DNA of 64,000 nucleotides. Source: a virus. The notes beneath the pieces are model-generated. The model made no database searches, was not told the DNA's origin, and saw nothing but the letters and a program-made list of their open reading frames with translations. Positions 36,263 to 50,200 of this stretch are shown piece after piece. Each line of letters opens with the position of its first letter. Within the stretch, counting starts at the first letter, position 1. The DNA is taken from IMG/VR virus record IMGVR_UViG_3300028025_003852, positions 8,815-72,814 of that record; one strand, 5' to 3'. A program made the translations under genes and the position numbers.

Positions 36263-36433
36263 TTAAATCAGAATTTTAAATACAGGGCAACATGGATCTC
36301 CGCCCTCTTCCCAATCCTGCATCTCATCATCTGTCATATATGGATCACCGTCATGAGTATGACAAAATCCTTCGCTAATCCATCCCTGGTCAATACCAAT
36401 TTGTGCCCAGTCGTTGAATTCCATTTTAGCCAT
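36263..36433 (-). CDS. Small conserved phage protein (C.THDG...EEGGDPC)
   Basis: GAAAGG RBS; motif. Confidence 0.6.
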   Translation of the reverse strand: MAKMEFNDWAQIGIDQGWISEGFCHTHDGDPYMTDDEMQDWEEGGDPCCPVFKILI

Positions 36434-36950
36434 TCTTATACCTTTCAAGTATTTCTTTTGCCCAGTTTACCAGATCTTCAACTCTTTGTCCAGATGGCTG
36501 GCTAGAAACCCATAGCTCAAGGTTTTCTATTCTATTGTCATTGCGAACACCATTGATATGATGAACATTTTCTCCTGGAAACAGTGCTCTTCCTAAATAT
36601 TCTTCCATAATAAATCTGTGTTGAGACTGCATTTCGTATTTTCCATTTACTCTGCGAGTTCTACGAATATACCCAGACTCGTGCTTAAACCAGTCGTTCC
36701 ACTCCCCTGGACGCTGATATTTAATTGGCTGAAGCTTACCAAACTTTTTCATTTGATAGTTGTGTCCAGAACAAAGATTGTTTCCTTTATGTGGTTTGTG
36801 GCAACCTTCAAAGGTACATGTATCCAGTCTTGCACCTTCTCTAGGACGCAATTTGCGAAGGTTTTCTCCACGAAGACTCATTTTATAATGAGATTGGCAA
36901 AGATCCTTTGCGTAAGGCTTTCTGATACATTCACTAAAAGAGCACTTCAT
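36426..36950 (-). CDS. HNH homing endonuclease with Cys/His repeats
   Basis: QHRFIME..LGR.L...ENVHHINGVRNDNRIENLELW. Confidence 0.9.
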   Translation of the reverse strand: MKCSFSECIRKPYAKDLCQSHYKMSLRGENLRKLRPREGARLDTCTFEGCHKPHKGNNLCSGHNYQMKKFGKLQPIKYQRPGEWNDWFKHESGYIRRTRRVNGKYEMQSQHRFIMEEYLGRALFPGENVHHINGVRNDNRIENLELWVSSQPSGQRVEDLVNWAKEILERYKNG

Positions 36951-36983
36951 TTATTTAGTATAGCATATTTTCTATGTTATTGG

Positions 36984-40045
<3,062 letters not shown>

Positions 40046-40059
<14 letters not shown>

Positions 40060-40432
40060 TAAAAATCTCCAACCTTTCACGAATTGTTTCTACATCTTCT
40101 GGTGTTCCAAATATTTCTATCATGCCAAGAATTGGAACATCTGTTTTCTTAGCAATCAGTTTGGCAGCCTTGCAGTAGTCTTTGCCAAAATTAGTATTGC
40201 CAAATCCAACGACTGCCTTTAGCAATTCTCTATTTGTTTTAATATTTAGAAAGGTTGCTACTGGTCTTGGGATGGCATAATCATTTTTACCACCGCCATA
40301 GGTTGGTACAAAAAGAACGTACTCACGAGTAGCAAATGGAAGCTCCTCAACTGAGTACGATCTATCATACCCTAACTTTTCAACAAAACGTTTGGTGTTG
40401 CCAGAACGGTTTGAGAAGTATACTATATCCAT
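40046..40432 (-). CDS. nrdI: NrdI flavodoxin
   Basis: [26 protein letters not shown]. Confidence 0.95.
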
Positions 40433-40441
40433 TATACCAAC

Positions 40442-42226
40442 CTAAATTAAATCAAAATTTTCCAAATAGCTTTTAACTTTATCTGGCATAGGTTTATATT
40501 GTATCACGTTGTCTGCCTGTTCGTCAACTTTGGATTTTGGTCTATCCTTGAATGTATGAATCTCAACTACCTGGTTTGTCAGTCGTGGCGTGTGAGAGAT
40601 TGCCCCATAGATAGCACCACAGACAGCATCTGCAAGGTCCTTAGAAGACTTTCTGGGGTGGTCAACTTTGTTGCCCCTCATAATCTTTAGCTCTGTAAGC
40701 TCTTCAAACAATAGATCAATTGCTGGCATTGCTAGCCTGTCTTCATAGATAAGCATAGCCATATCCTCGTAGTGCTTCTTGGCAACAGATACTGTTTCAG
40801 TTCTCATACCGACCTGCTTCAACTCATTCTGAATATCAAATGACTGCCAGCGGTCAAAGCTAACCATACCAATATCAAAGCCTAGACGACGAAGGTTCTG
40901 AATCCACTGCTTTACCTCTGAAAGGTTGACTGGCCCCTCCACCTTTGGCTCCCACCATGCCACAGCGTCTACCACTACAATTGGTGCCACCTGCTGATAG
41001 TCCTTGATTACTTGAATGTTTACCCATTTATCCACATGTGCAATTGCCACGGCACACTTGTCATGTTTCTGTGCAAGGTCAGCATGTACAAAATACTTCT
41101 TGTCTGGATCTGGAACAAAGGTTGAATCAAATCTTCTATACGTATCAAGAGGGTTTCGTAGAGACATGGCAGACCTAACCTTTTCTGTCTGCTTAAAGAA
41201 TCTATCCGAAGAGAATGTAGGGATGCAGGCAAATCGCATCATAGCATCCCCCAAGTCAGTGTAGAATGCTAGCTTAAAGTCATCAATCTTTCTTGTTGGA
41301 TTTACTGCCCATGTAGGTCTCTTCAATGCAAAGACTCCTGGGTACTTATAGCTAATAATGTTATCTTCTTCCCATTCGATCTCTAGACTATTACCCTCGG
41401 CATTTTCTGGAAGATCTGGATTCATAATAAACTTATGAGTCTTTAGGATAGCCTCTTTTTCAGCGATAACATCATCGTATCTTTGAGAGATAAAGTCTCC
41501 TGGATATCGTGGAAATGATAGCAGTGCAACCTTTCCAAGATCTGGGAAACGAGAATCTACTGATGCACGAAACGCCTTGTAAATATTGTCAGCAGTTTTA
41601 CCTTGGTCATTTCCAGTTGCAACCTCCTGAGCAAAGCCAGAAATCTCGTCAAGAACAGCTAGAAGAAGGTTTAGTCCTTCATGGCTCTCTCGTTCTGAGT
41701 GACCAGAGTAAACCGTAATGGCATGATCAAACTCAATCGAGTCTGCCTTAGCATAGAAGCGACCAGCAAACCAGGGAGAACGCTCAATCTTATTCTTGAA
41801 TCCCTTAAAGAATACGTTCTTAGCCTGCTGTGCGTTGATCGCTACGTTAATAATATCAATAGCATCGCCAGAAGGCTTGCCAAAGTATCTTGCTGGATCT
41901 TTCAAACATAAAAGCTTATACACAATGTACGCACAAGCTACTGTTGATGTGAAGTCTTTTCCACTACCCTTTCCGAGCTGTAGAATTACCTCGTTCTTTG
42001 TGTACTTCTTGTAATACCTTGTTCCTTTTTCAGCACCGAGCAGCTCTACTAAATCTTCAAGCTTATAGATTTGGCTCATGGCCTCAACGATGTCATACTG
42101 AGTTTCAGAAAGTGGTGGCTGACCAAGAAAGTCTTCGCCTTCTACAAATGTCTTGGCGTCTACTGGAGTTTCGATAAAGTTATCTGCCTTTAGAACTTCA
42201 AGGAACTCACTAAACATCTCTGACAA
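40442..42226 (-). CDS. Terminase large subunit
   Basis: GKGSGKD Walker A, AVLDEI Walker B, HADLA/FDRWQS/KDLADA nuclease motifs. Confidence 0.9.
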   Translation of the reverse strand: MSEMFSEFLEVLKADNFIETPVDAKTFVEGEDFLGQPPLSETQYDIVEAMSQIYKLEDLVELLGAEKGTRYYKKYTKNEVILQLGKGSGKDFTSTVACAYIVYKLLCLKDPARYFGKPSGDAIDIINVAINAQQAKNVFFKGFKNKIERSPWFAGRFYAKADSIEFDHAITVYSGHSERESHEGLNLLLAVLDEISGFAQEVATGNDQGKTADNIYKAFRASVDSRFPDLGKVALLSFPRYPGDFISQRYDDVIAEKEAILKTHKFIMNPDLPENAEGNSLEIEWEEDNIISYKYPGVFALKRPTWAVNPTRKIDDFKLAFYTDLGDAMMRFACIPTFSSDRFFKQTEKVRSAMSLRNPLDTYRRFDSTFVPDPDKKYFVHADLAQKHDKCAVAIAHVDKWVNIQVIKDYQQVAPIVVVDAVAWWEPKVEGPVNLSEVKQWIQNLRRLGFDIGMVSFDRWQSFDIQNELKQVGMRTETVSVAKKHYEDMAMLIYEDRLAMPAIDLLFEELTELKIMRGNKVDHPRKSSKDLADAVCGAIYGAISHTPRLTNQVVEIHTFKDRPKSKVDEQADNVIQYKPMPDKVKSYLENFDLI

Positions 42227-42743
42227 CTGTAATTACCTCACTCTCTTTTGCCACATTAGAAAGTCTACGCATAATCTCGTCACGTACCTGTGGATATTCA
42301 GAGGCAATGTCTTTTAGAATATTAACAAGAACCTCTTGCTTTCTTTCGATCTCTAGCATTTCCTCAGCAAGCTCCTTGTTTTCAAGCAGTCCTGCCTTCT
42401 GTAGCATTTCAATACGTCTAGACTCGATGTCCAGCACCAACTTGATTCCTGCGTTTTTTGCACTAAGATTAGCAGTTGTGGTTGCGTCGTCAATAACCTC
42501 ATATGCTTTTTGAATTAGCTTAGTATAGTGTGTGTCTGCAGCAACAAGTGCTTCTTTTGCACGAGCACGAATAGCTGCATTATCTGCAGCCATGTACTGC
42601 CACTCTTTAATATGTGCAACAACCTTTTGCCTTGGAATTGAAAGCTCTTTAGAGATTTGAGTGGGGTCGTTACCCTCTAGGTACTTGCCCACAACCTTGT
42701 TTACTTCATCAAGGTGTTCAACTATCTTCTGTTCGTCTGACAC
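42210..42743 (-). CDS. HTH/helical protein, probable terminase small subunit
   Basis: N-terminal HTH; immediately upstream of terL. Confidence 0.55.
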   Translation of the reverse strand: MSDEQKIVEHLDEVNKVVGKYLEGNDPTQISKELSIPRQKVVAHIKEWQYMAADNAAIRARAKEALVAADTHYTKLIQKAYEVIDDATTTANLSAKNAGIKLVLDIESRRIEMLQKAGLLENKELAEEMLEIERKQEVLVNILKDIASEYPQVRDEIMRRLSNVAKESEVITVVRDV

Positions 42744-43029
42744 GCTTCTTCCTCCTTACAGGGAGCTTTTTGACACGATCAATATAGAAGGCACGGAACG
42801 CACCAATTTGACCCTTGTTCATTTCTCTACACTCAATCCAGGAAACGCCAGTCTCGACATTTGTTGTGAGAGAGGTAAACGTAAAGGTGGTTCCATACTC
42901 ACCCATAATCTTAATAAGTTCACCAGCAATAATTGTTTTACCATTTGGCAATACCGCTTCATATTCACGGCTAAACTCAATTGGAGGCTTGGTTGGCTTT
43001 CCATAAATAACCTTGCGAGGACGACCCAT
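42718..43029 (-). CDS. Hypothetical protein
   Basis: GGAG RBS; 103 aa. Confidence 0.6.
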   Translation of the reverse strand: MGRPRKVIYGKPTKPPIEFSREYEAVLPNGKTIIAGELIKIMGEYGTTFTFTSLTTNVETGVSWIECREMNKGQIGAFRAFYIDRVKKLPVRRKKRVRRTEDS

Positions 43030-43322
43030 TATTCTCCTGCCAATCTTTTAATTTCATCGTTAATGTAGAATACTGCTTTTTGTAAATCTTCAACTTGCTT
43101 TGTCTTAATGCTTTTATTTGAATCTTCTTTTAGTCCTGCTCGCCAAAGGTATTTAATGGCATTGCCAACATTAAAGTTACGATGACGTGTAATATCTATA
43201 CACTCTACACCAGAGGGGTCAGAGGTATAGTGATCTGGGTGATTGACCATGTCAATCTCGTGATTGAAAGCATTGGCCATATCATAGTATTGTACGAAAC
43301 GTTCTTCGTTTGAAACTGTCAT
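43029..43322 (-). CDS. DUF3310 family protein (T7 gp1.7-like)
   Basis: DMVNHPDHY..GVECID...GNAIKYLWRAG.K...EDLQKA.FY. Confidence 0.85.
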   Translation of the reverse strand: MTVSNEERFVQYYDMANAFNHEIDMVNHPDHYTSDPSGVECIDITRHRNFNVGNAIKYLWRAGLKEDSNKSIKTKQVEDLQKAVFYINDEIKRLAGE

Positions 43323-43477
43323 TATCGTTTTGATTTCCTTAATCCAAATTTAGCAAGGTAGACATAGATTGTTTCAACAGATACACCGCACTCTTTAGCA
43401 ATGTCTACTGGTGCTTTACGATCTACGTGGAAGCGTTTACGCAACCAATTCTCATTCATATACAGTTTACTAGCCAT
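43322..43477 (-). CDS. Small HTH protein (51 aa, below ORF track cut-off)
   Basis: WLRKRF..DIAKECGVSVETIYVYLAKFGL. Confidence 0.65.
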   Translation of the reverse strand: MASKLYMNENWLRKRFHVDRKAPVDIAKECGVSVETIYVYLAKFGLRKSKR

Positions 43478-44063
43478 TAGCAGTTTTGTCAACCTTCTCC
43501 CAATTATTAATAGCCCAATGACCTATGGCAATTGCATCAGCAACATCATCATCATTAACAGATTTGTCATAATAGGCATTAACAAAGTTGATTGTTTTTT
43601 GTTTTCTAAACTCTCTTTCACGAGCCTTGTACCATGCAACAGACTTTCCTGGATTGACATCTGCCATTTCCTTCTTTTCAATTTTGCTAAGAATTTTGTT
43701 TCCAATAAAACTTTGCCATGTTATAGGATTTACCGATCCAGCAACAGGAATTTTATTTATTCCAGCTGCACCCAGGATTGCTCCTTGCACTAGTGCTAGA
43801 TCAGCCACTGTCTTTGGACTGTTCATGAAGACTGTATGCTCAATTACGATTGTGCTACCGCCTACCTTTTCAAGAAAAACAGATAGCTTTCTAGATGCAT
43901 CCTGAACCTTTTGATAAACAGTTTTGCCTTCAAAGTTTATCTTGCCATGCATAATAAGTTTCTTATCTTCAAACACTGCAAAGGCTATGCTATTTGTACT
44001 TGCATCAATAGACAAAATCTTTTTAGGTGGTTGATTAATCAAGCTCAAGTTTACCATTCGCAA
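43470..44063 (-). CDS. RuvC-like Holliday junction resolvase
   Basis: ILSIDAST, IVIE, DDVADAIAI. Confidence 0.8.
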   Translation of the reverse strand: MRMVNLSLINQPPKKILSIDASTNSIAFAVFEDKKLIMHGKINFEGKTVYQKVQDASRKLSVFLEKVGGSTIVIEHTVFMNSPKTVADLALVQGAILGAAGINKIPVAGSVNPITWQSFIGNKILSKIEKKEMADVNPGKSVAWYKAREREFRKQKTINFVNAYYDKSVNDDDVADAIAIGHWAINNWEKVDKTANG

Positions 44064-44328
44064 TGCCCTTCATCTGTTTTAAGATCTTGCCAACTTCTTT
44101 TTCGTCAACACTACACTTAGAACAAATCTTGTTTTCATTATACATTGAAAGATTTCCACCACAGGAAGAACACTTCCTTGGCTTCTTGGCTCTTGCCTCA
44201 ACCTTTTTCTTTTGATATCTTATTGCAATATTATGCTTAGTTGCAGCGTCTCTGCAAGTATCTGAACAATAAATCTTGTATGATATTTTTGTTTCAAACT
44301 GTGCGTCACACCATTGACAATGTTTCAT
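44035..44328 (-). CDS. Zinc-finger protein
   Basis: CQWC, YCSDTC, CSSC, CSKC. Confidence 0.65.
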   Translation of the reverse strand: MKHCQWCDAQFETKISYKIYCSDTCRDAATKHNIAIRYQKKKVEARAKKPRKCSSCGGNLSMYNENKICSKCSVDEKEVGKILKQMKGIANGKLELD

Positions 44329-45115
44329 CGATAAGCTCCAAAGAAGATATTTTTACGTCTCCCTTGCCAGCATCTGCACAAACCTTTGACAGAGGACAGC
44401 TCTTGCAAATCCTTGAGTTGGACCGATAGTTCTTTTCAGGCAGAGTCTTGTTTTCCCATGCCTTACGAACATTACGCATCCACTCAAATGTATTATTCAC
44501 CCACTGAATATAGTAATCATTTACCTCAACAGGAATTACCAATAGTTCATGGTTGTTCTTGTTTTCATAAATAAGTACCGCCTTTTGCTTTTTGAGAATC
44601 TTCATATAAATAAGAAGCTGAATCAAGTGTCCTGGCTTTGGCTTTCTATTTAGCTTGCGATACTCAAATCCTTCGTTCATCATTGTCTTGATTTCACCAA
44701 GAAGTTCTTCTCCTTGCCAATCAAGCATTACGTCACCGTATCCGAAGATTGGTGGATCATTGTTTACGATCTTGAACTCTGAATCAATTAGGAAGCCTGC
44801 GTCCTCCATTGCCTTTTGAATACGCTCATGGCTCTTAGTACCATTAGTCATATTAGCACCTGCAAATGCGTCTGCATTGTCTTCGAATGTACCGCCCTCA
44901 AATGCAAGATACCAGTAGCGAGCACACTCACCATGCCCATATGCAATTGTTGATGGTGCGAATGTCTTCTTCTGCTGGTGTCGTGGTCCACGGTTAGCGG
45001 TATATCCAGACTTAATCTTTTCAATCAACTCGTCTGGATTAATGCCAGAGCCGTCAACAATCTTGGTGTCTGGTGGTGTTTCCATGACCTGGTTTAGTAA
45101 GTTTTTCATAATCAT
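44306..45115 (-). CDS. Cas4-like PD-(D/E)XK exonuclease
   Basis: ECAR, GT..HE, GD..EIKT, QL.IY, C..CP...C. Confidence 0.85.
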   Translation of the reverse strand: MIMKNLLNQVMETPPDTKIVDGSGINPDELIEKIKSGYTANRGPRHQQKKTFAPSTIAYGHGECARYWYLAFEGGTFEDNADAFAGANMTNGTKSHERIQKAMEDAGFLIDSEFKIVNNDPPIFGYGDVMLDWQGEELLGEIKTMMNEGFEYRKLNRKPKPGHLIQLLIYMKILKKQKAVLIYENKNNHELLVIPVEVNDYYIQWVNNTFEWMRNVRKAWENKTLPEKNYRSNSRICKSCPLSKVCADAGKGDVKISSLELIDETLSMV

Positions 45116-45117
45116 AC

Positions 45118-45420
45118 TTAGCGAGTAATATACTTCAGAGCTGCGACCAAATCATTGATTGCTGTTGCTGCTGTATAATAGATATTCTTCTTCGCTCTAT
45201 CTCCCTTGTCTACGTTGGTAAGCCAAGTTGCCTTGAATGACATCTTGGCAGCAATTGCTTGTAGTCGAACAATTTCGACTGTAGCAACTTGCAGAGGAAT
45301 ATCTGGTTTAATAATTAGTTTTGCGACCATAACAAGTGCCTCTGTGAGTTCATCGTCTTCCATAAAGTCAGAAATCTCACTTAGGCCGTTTACCATTTCT
45401 AGCGTTGTTTTTGTTTCCAT
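45118..45420 (-). CDS. Hypothetical helical protein
   Basis: 100 aa in recombination operon. Confidence 0.6.
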   Translation of the reverse strand: METKTTLEMVNGLSEISDFMEDDELTEALVMVAKLIIKPDIPLQVATVEIVRLQAIAAKMSFKATWLTNVDKGDRAKKNIYYTAATAINDLVAALKYITR

Positions 45421-45425
45421 TATAT

Positions 45426-45716
45426 CTAGTATACCTCATCCTCAACCATTTGTTCAAGCAGCGAAAGCTCTATTACTGCTAATCTAGTTTTTTGTTCACC
45501 ATCACCGATAACTACAATGATTGCTGGATCAAGCTTATTCTTGATTGCATCTGTTGTAGCCTTGGCCCACACCTCTTTGTTGAGTGTGAATGATTTGCCT
45601 ACCTCTTTAAAGTCTACGCAAAAGTTGTGCCATGTTGCATCACCTTTCTTTGTGTTCCTTCCCGAGTTTTTGTGCTGGCTTGCACCAATACGCTTACTCT
45701 CGTTCTTCTCGCTCAT
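45426..45716 (-). CDS. PD-(D/E)XK nuclease, Hjc-like resolvase
   Basis: E..E, NSGR..KGD, VDFKE. Confidence 0.6.
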   Translation of the reverse strand: MSEKNESKRIGASQHKNSGRNTKKGDATWHNFCVDFKEVGKSFTLNKEVWAKATTDAIKNKLDPAIIVVIGDGEQKTRLAVIELSLLEQMVEDEVY

Positions 45717-45879
45717 AATCTTTCTTATCCTTCTTTGTTTCGAGACTAAGCTCAGTGAGGTGTTTGTCTGGACACATCCAAGATAGCATACGCATTCCTG
45801 GGTAGCTGCGAATAGTTTTTGATTCTAGTCCGCATGTATGACAGGGAAAACTTCCTGGGTAGATATTGTACTTAGCCAT
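45694..45879 (-). CDS. Small Zn-binding protein
   Basis: MAKY start; CHTC...CPDKH. Confidence 0.5.
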   Translation of the reverse strand: MAKYNIYPGSFPCHTCGLESKTIRSYPGMRMLSWMCPDKHLTELSLETKKDKKDYEREERE

Positions 45880-46882
45880 TAAGCTGATCCTCAATAGACT
45901 TGCGGAAGTCATCATTCTCACGAACATATGTGATGAATGCGTCTCGACCCTGAACCTTTTTGTCTTCTGATACAACGTACCATGCACCTGTACGAGTTAC
46001 AATACCAGCAAGCTCTGCTGTATCCACAAGATCTCCAATTGCGTCTACCCCAACAAATGGTCCACGGAAATAGAAGTCGTACTCGCCAGACTGGAAGCCT
46101 GGAGATGTCTTGGAGAACTGAACTTCCCAACGAACCTTCCTGCCAATCTTCTCTTCAATGAGCTTGTCTCCTACTGGAATCTTACCCTTAATAGCTTGGT
46201 TATCTGACTCTGACGAGAAGAGCTTGATAACTGTAGAAGAGTAGAACTTCGTTGCCTGACCCCCCGTAGGCTGCTGTGAGGTGTACATAGCAGAGATATT
46301 ATTACGACTCTGACTAATTAGCACAAACAGTGTTGGCTTTGGCTTGTTGTTAGAATAGTTAATCATCTTCCATGCATTGCTAAAGTCTCGTGACTCAGCA
46401 CCGATTTGCTTAGTATTCTCAAGTTGCTTTAGCTCATCCGAATCTTTCTCAAAATAGATAGCAGGAAGCAATGATGTAATTGAATCAACAACTACTAGGT
46501 CTACACCTGCCTGCATTAGCTTTGTGCCAAGATCTACCATCTCATTGATGGTGCGACATTGTGAGACGATAAGCTTTGTTGTATCTACCCCGAGACGCTC
46601 AGCCCACTTTTTGTCGTACGACATCTCAGCATCAATCCATGCACAGACCTTTCCTTCCTTCTGTGCAAGACCAATCATCTGCAAACACATTGACGACTTT
46701 GCTGAAGATTTGCTTCCCCAAATAAGAATCTGTCTTCCATAGGGAAGGCCACCACCCAGGGCACGGTTAAGTCCGTAGCTTGCTGTAGGTTGCAAAATTG
46801 TTTCTGGCATTTCATCACCAACAAATAGCTGTTTGCGAATCTTGGGGTCAAGCTTTGCCATTACCTCTTCTACTGTCATCAT
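45872..46882 (-). CDS. recA: RecA-like recombinase
   Basis: LGGGLPYGR, GSKSSAKS, WIDAE, VVVDSITSL, TGG.A.KFYSS, GAWY. Confidence 0.88.
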   Translation of the reverse strand: MMTVEEVMAKLDPKIRKQLFVGDEMPETILQPTASYGLNRALGGGLPYGRQILIWGSKSSAKSSMCLQMIGLAQKEGKVCAWIDAEMSYDKKWAERLGVDTTKLIVSQCRTINEMVDLGTKLMQAGVDLVVVDSITSLLPAIYFEKDSDELKQLENTKQIGAESRDFSNAWKMINYSNNKPKPTLFVLISQSRNNISAMYTSQQPTGGQATKFYSSTVIKLFSSESDNQAIKGKIPVGDKLIEEKIGRKVRWEVQFSKTSPGFQSGEYDFYFRGPFVGVDAIGDLVDTAELAGIVTRTGAWYVVSEDKKVQGRDAFITYVRENDDFRKSIEDQLNG

Positions 46883-47214
46883 CAGAATCTTACACCATGC
46901 TTTTCTGGTCGTGACTTGTTAAGGTTAGTCTTGTTTTCAAAAGCGTGGTCCAAAGAAACGCGAGTGTACCCATGCTCAACCAAGCCTGCATAAAGATCTA
47001 GTGTTCGGATAAGGATATCTGCCATCTCATCTGAAATCTCATGCTCACCCTTATTTTTACGAATAGCCTCCATTACTTCTACAGCCTCAGAGACAATCAT
47101 CATAAGCTGTTTAGTAATAAAGATGTCATCTACATCTTCAGGCCAGAAGCCTTTTTCTACAGCGGTCTTGTGCAATTGCTCGCATAGATCGTCAAACTCA
47201 ATTTTGTCATTCAT
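46882..47214 (-). CDS. MazG-like NTP pyrophosphohydrolase
   Basis: SEAVEVMEAIRK...DEMADILIR. Confidence 0.8.
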   Translation of the reverse strand: MNDKIEFDDLCEQLHKTAVEKGFWPEDVDDIFITKQLMMIVSEAVEVMEAIRKNKGEHEISDEMADILIRTLDLYAGLVEHGYTRVSLDHAFENKTNLNKSRPEKHGVRF

Positions 47215-50200
47215 TATTTGATATCCTCCAATATAGTTGTTCCATCTTTTGTTTTTGCAAATGAAAAGTTATACACATTTCCTTCTTGTACTTTCATGTA
47301 GGCCTTTGGGAACTGTGTTGGGAAGACTGTAACAGAGTGTAATTCTCGTCCAGAGTCTGCCACAACCATGTATGCCATCTTCTTGCCTGCCTTAGTTACT
47401 CGTGGTTTAAACGATATCACCATCATCTCTTCTTCCTTATATGGAAGCATACGATAGTTCATATACTTAATCAGCGAAGAGTCAGACTCTTTAATATCAT
47501 CTACTGGTACAGCAAACGAGATTCGGTTATCACTGGCTAGAATCAGGTATGTTTTTCCTGCCTCAATTAGAGTGTCCTCATTGTCGAAGATTCCAGCAAC
47601 ACCAGTCTTATCTAGAATTTCTACTCTAGACCATCCCTTACCTCGCTTGATATTCTTCACTATACCCATCAGAACGAAGGAACCCTTCTCCTCGTACTCT
47701 TCTGTATCTGTAATATACGCATTGTAGTGTGATGGTACAGAGATGTTAAACTCTGGTAGGTTTAGGTACTCGTATAGATTTTGACGGATGTCTTCATCGT
47801 TTCGTGGGTTATCCTCAAATGTAGCTGCACCGATGAGTCGTAGTGCTGAAAGTGCACGAGAGTTTACTCCGTTACCCTTGCCAAATGTGAACTCTTCCAG
47901 CTCTTTGTATGAGCTAAATGGTCGTGCAGAGATATACTTCTGAGCAATATTGTCAGAGATATATTTGATTGCACTAAGTCCAAACCGAATACCCTTACCC
48001 TCGATCTTGAAGTCAATGTCAGAGTCATTGATGTGTGGCAACTTGATGGAGATACCCATACGCTTTGCCTCAATCAGGTATTCTGTACGAGCATCTTTGT
48101 CCTTCTCATTCTTAAGAAGAGCAAACATAAACTCAATTGGGTAGTGGTACTTTAGCCATGCAGTCCAGTATGAGACCGTAGAATAGGCTACAGCGTGACT
48201 CTTATTGAATGAGTAGCCAGCATGTGCCTCAAAGTCATGCCAAAGGTTTCTGGCACCCTCTTCTCCAAGATACTGTGTAGCACCCTGCACAAACTTGTCC
48301 TGGAACTGATCGAACTCCTTGGCATCCTTCTTCTTACCAATAATCTTACGAACCTTATCGGCTTCTGCCATTGACATACCGCCAAGTTCCACACAAGCCT
48401 GCATAACCTGTTCCTGATACAGAATACAGCCATACGTTTCTTGTGTAAATGTTTTCATAACTTGGTGATGATATGAGATATTCTGCTTGCCATGCTTACG
48501 AGCAATATAGTCTTTACCAATTGTATTCATAGCACCTGGACGCACCAAAGCATTTGATGCAGCAAGCTCTGAGAAGTTCTTTACCCCCATCTTTACGAGT
48601 AGGTTTGTATATGGGGTAGCCTCACACTGGAAGACACCTTTTGTAAAACCATCAGAGAGCATTCCGTACACGTTCTTATCTTGCATGTCAATGTCGTGAA
48701 GTTCAATCACGTCACCTGTACGCTCTTTGATAATTGCAATAGTGTCTTGAATAACAGATAGAGTCTTTAGACCAAGAGCATCAATCTTAATAAGACCAAT
48801 ACGCTCTGCCTCTTCCATGTCAACGGCAACGACAGGGATACGCTCCTTGCTTCCTGGCGATGTGCGTGTCTCTAGTGGTGCATACTTAAAGATAGGCTCT
48901 TTTGCAGTAACAACACCAGCAGCATGAATACCAGTACCACGAATTCGACCTCGAAGCTGTTCTCCATACATCTCTACCTCTGGGTACTTTTCACGGAACC
49001 ATTCAGTAGACTTTGAGTTGCAGTAGTCGTCCCAATCGTCAACAAGCTTTAGTACCTTGTTCACATCTGGCAAAGGGATCATAAGCACACGAGCAATGTC
49101 ACGCACCATACCCTTACCCTTGAACTGCAAGAATGTTGCAATAGATGCTACGTGTCGGTATTGACGAACAAGGTAGTCCTTGACTTCTTCACGACGTGAG
49201 TCCTGGATATCTGTATCAATATCTGGGAAGTCATTACGTTCTGGATTAATAAAACGGAAGAACAAGAGGCCATGCTCAATAGGATCAATGTCTGTGATGC
49301 CAAGTGCATAGCATAGAAGAGAACCAGCAGCAGATCCACGACCTGGACCTACCATGATGCCCTCCTTCTTTGCCCACGCAATCATAGAGCGTACAACCAA
49401 GAAGTATGGACCAAAGTTCTTGTCCTTAATTACCTGTAACTCTTCATCTAGACGATCTAGGTATTCCTGATTCTCTGCAAACCCAAGAGCAGTGAGACCC
49501 TCCATAGCAAGATTACGAAGCTCATCATTTGGCTTCTGATACTGCACTGGCAACAGGTCCATGTGGTCTTCGATATTGTAGTCTTCAATCTTATCTACAA
49601 TCTCAAGAGTATTCGAATAGATATCTTCACGGTCAATGCCCTGAGCAGTCATAGCCGAACGCATCTCTTCGTCAGACAAAAGATGAATCTCAAACTTGTT
49701 AAAAGTCATCTGTCGGTCTGCACCATAAAGGTAGTCAAGTCGATCCATAAGATTGTCATACTCACGAGACTTATCAAATGAAGCATTCTTATCAGTCTTA
49801 TTTGAGTATGAGTTTAGAATCAGTTTTAGCTCTTGAATCTCTTTCTGTCCTGGGTCTGAGTGATGACAGTCTGGTGTAGTAATTGGCTTAATGCCAAACT
49901 CATCAGCCAGCTCTAGGATAATCTTGTTAATCTCTGGTGGGTTGTGTGGCATTACCTCGATGTAGTAGTCGTCACCAAAGGTATCCTTAGCCCACTGAAG
50001 ATGAAACTTCGCTGCTGCTAGATTGTCTGCCTCAATAGCCTTTGCTAGATATCCACTTAGACATCCAGATGTAATTACTAGCCCCTCTTTATATTTCTCA
50101 AGAATAGACCAGTCCATTCGTGGCTTCTTGTAGAAACCCTCTGTCCATGCAATCTCGTTAAGTTTATTTAGGTTCTCTAGACCCTTTGCATTCTTAGCAA

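Noticed and set aside
41028-41036. DnaA box TTATCCACA in terL
   Set aside because: Single site within coding sequence; plausible by chance
44306-45115. Cas4 as part of a CRISPR-Cas system
   Set aside because: No cas1/cas2 and no repeat-spacer array seen; stand-alone Cas4-like nucleases are common in phage recombination modules
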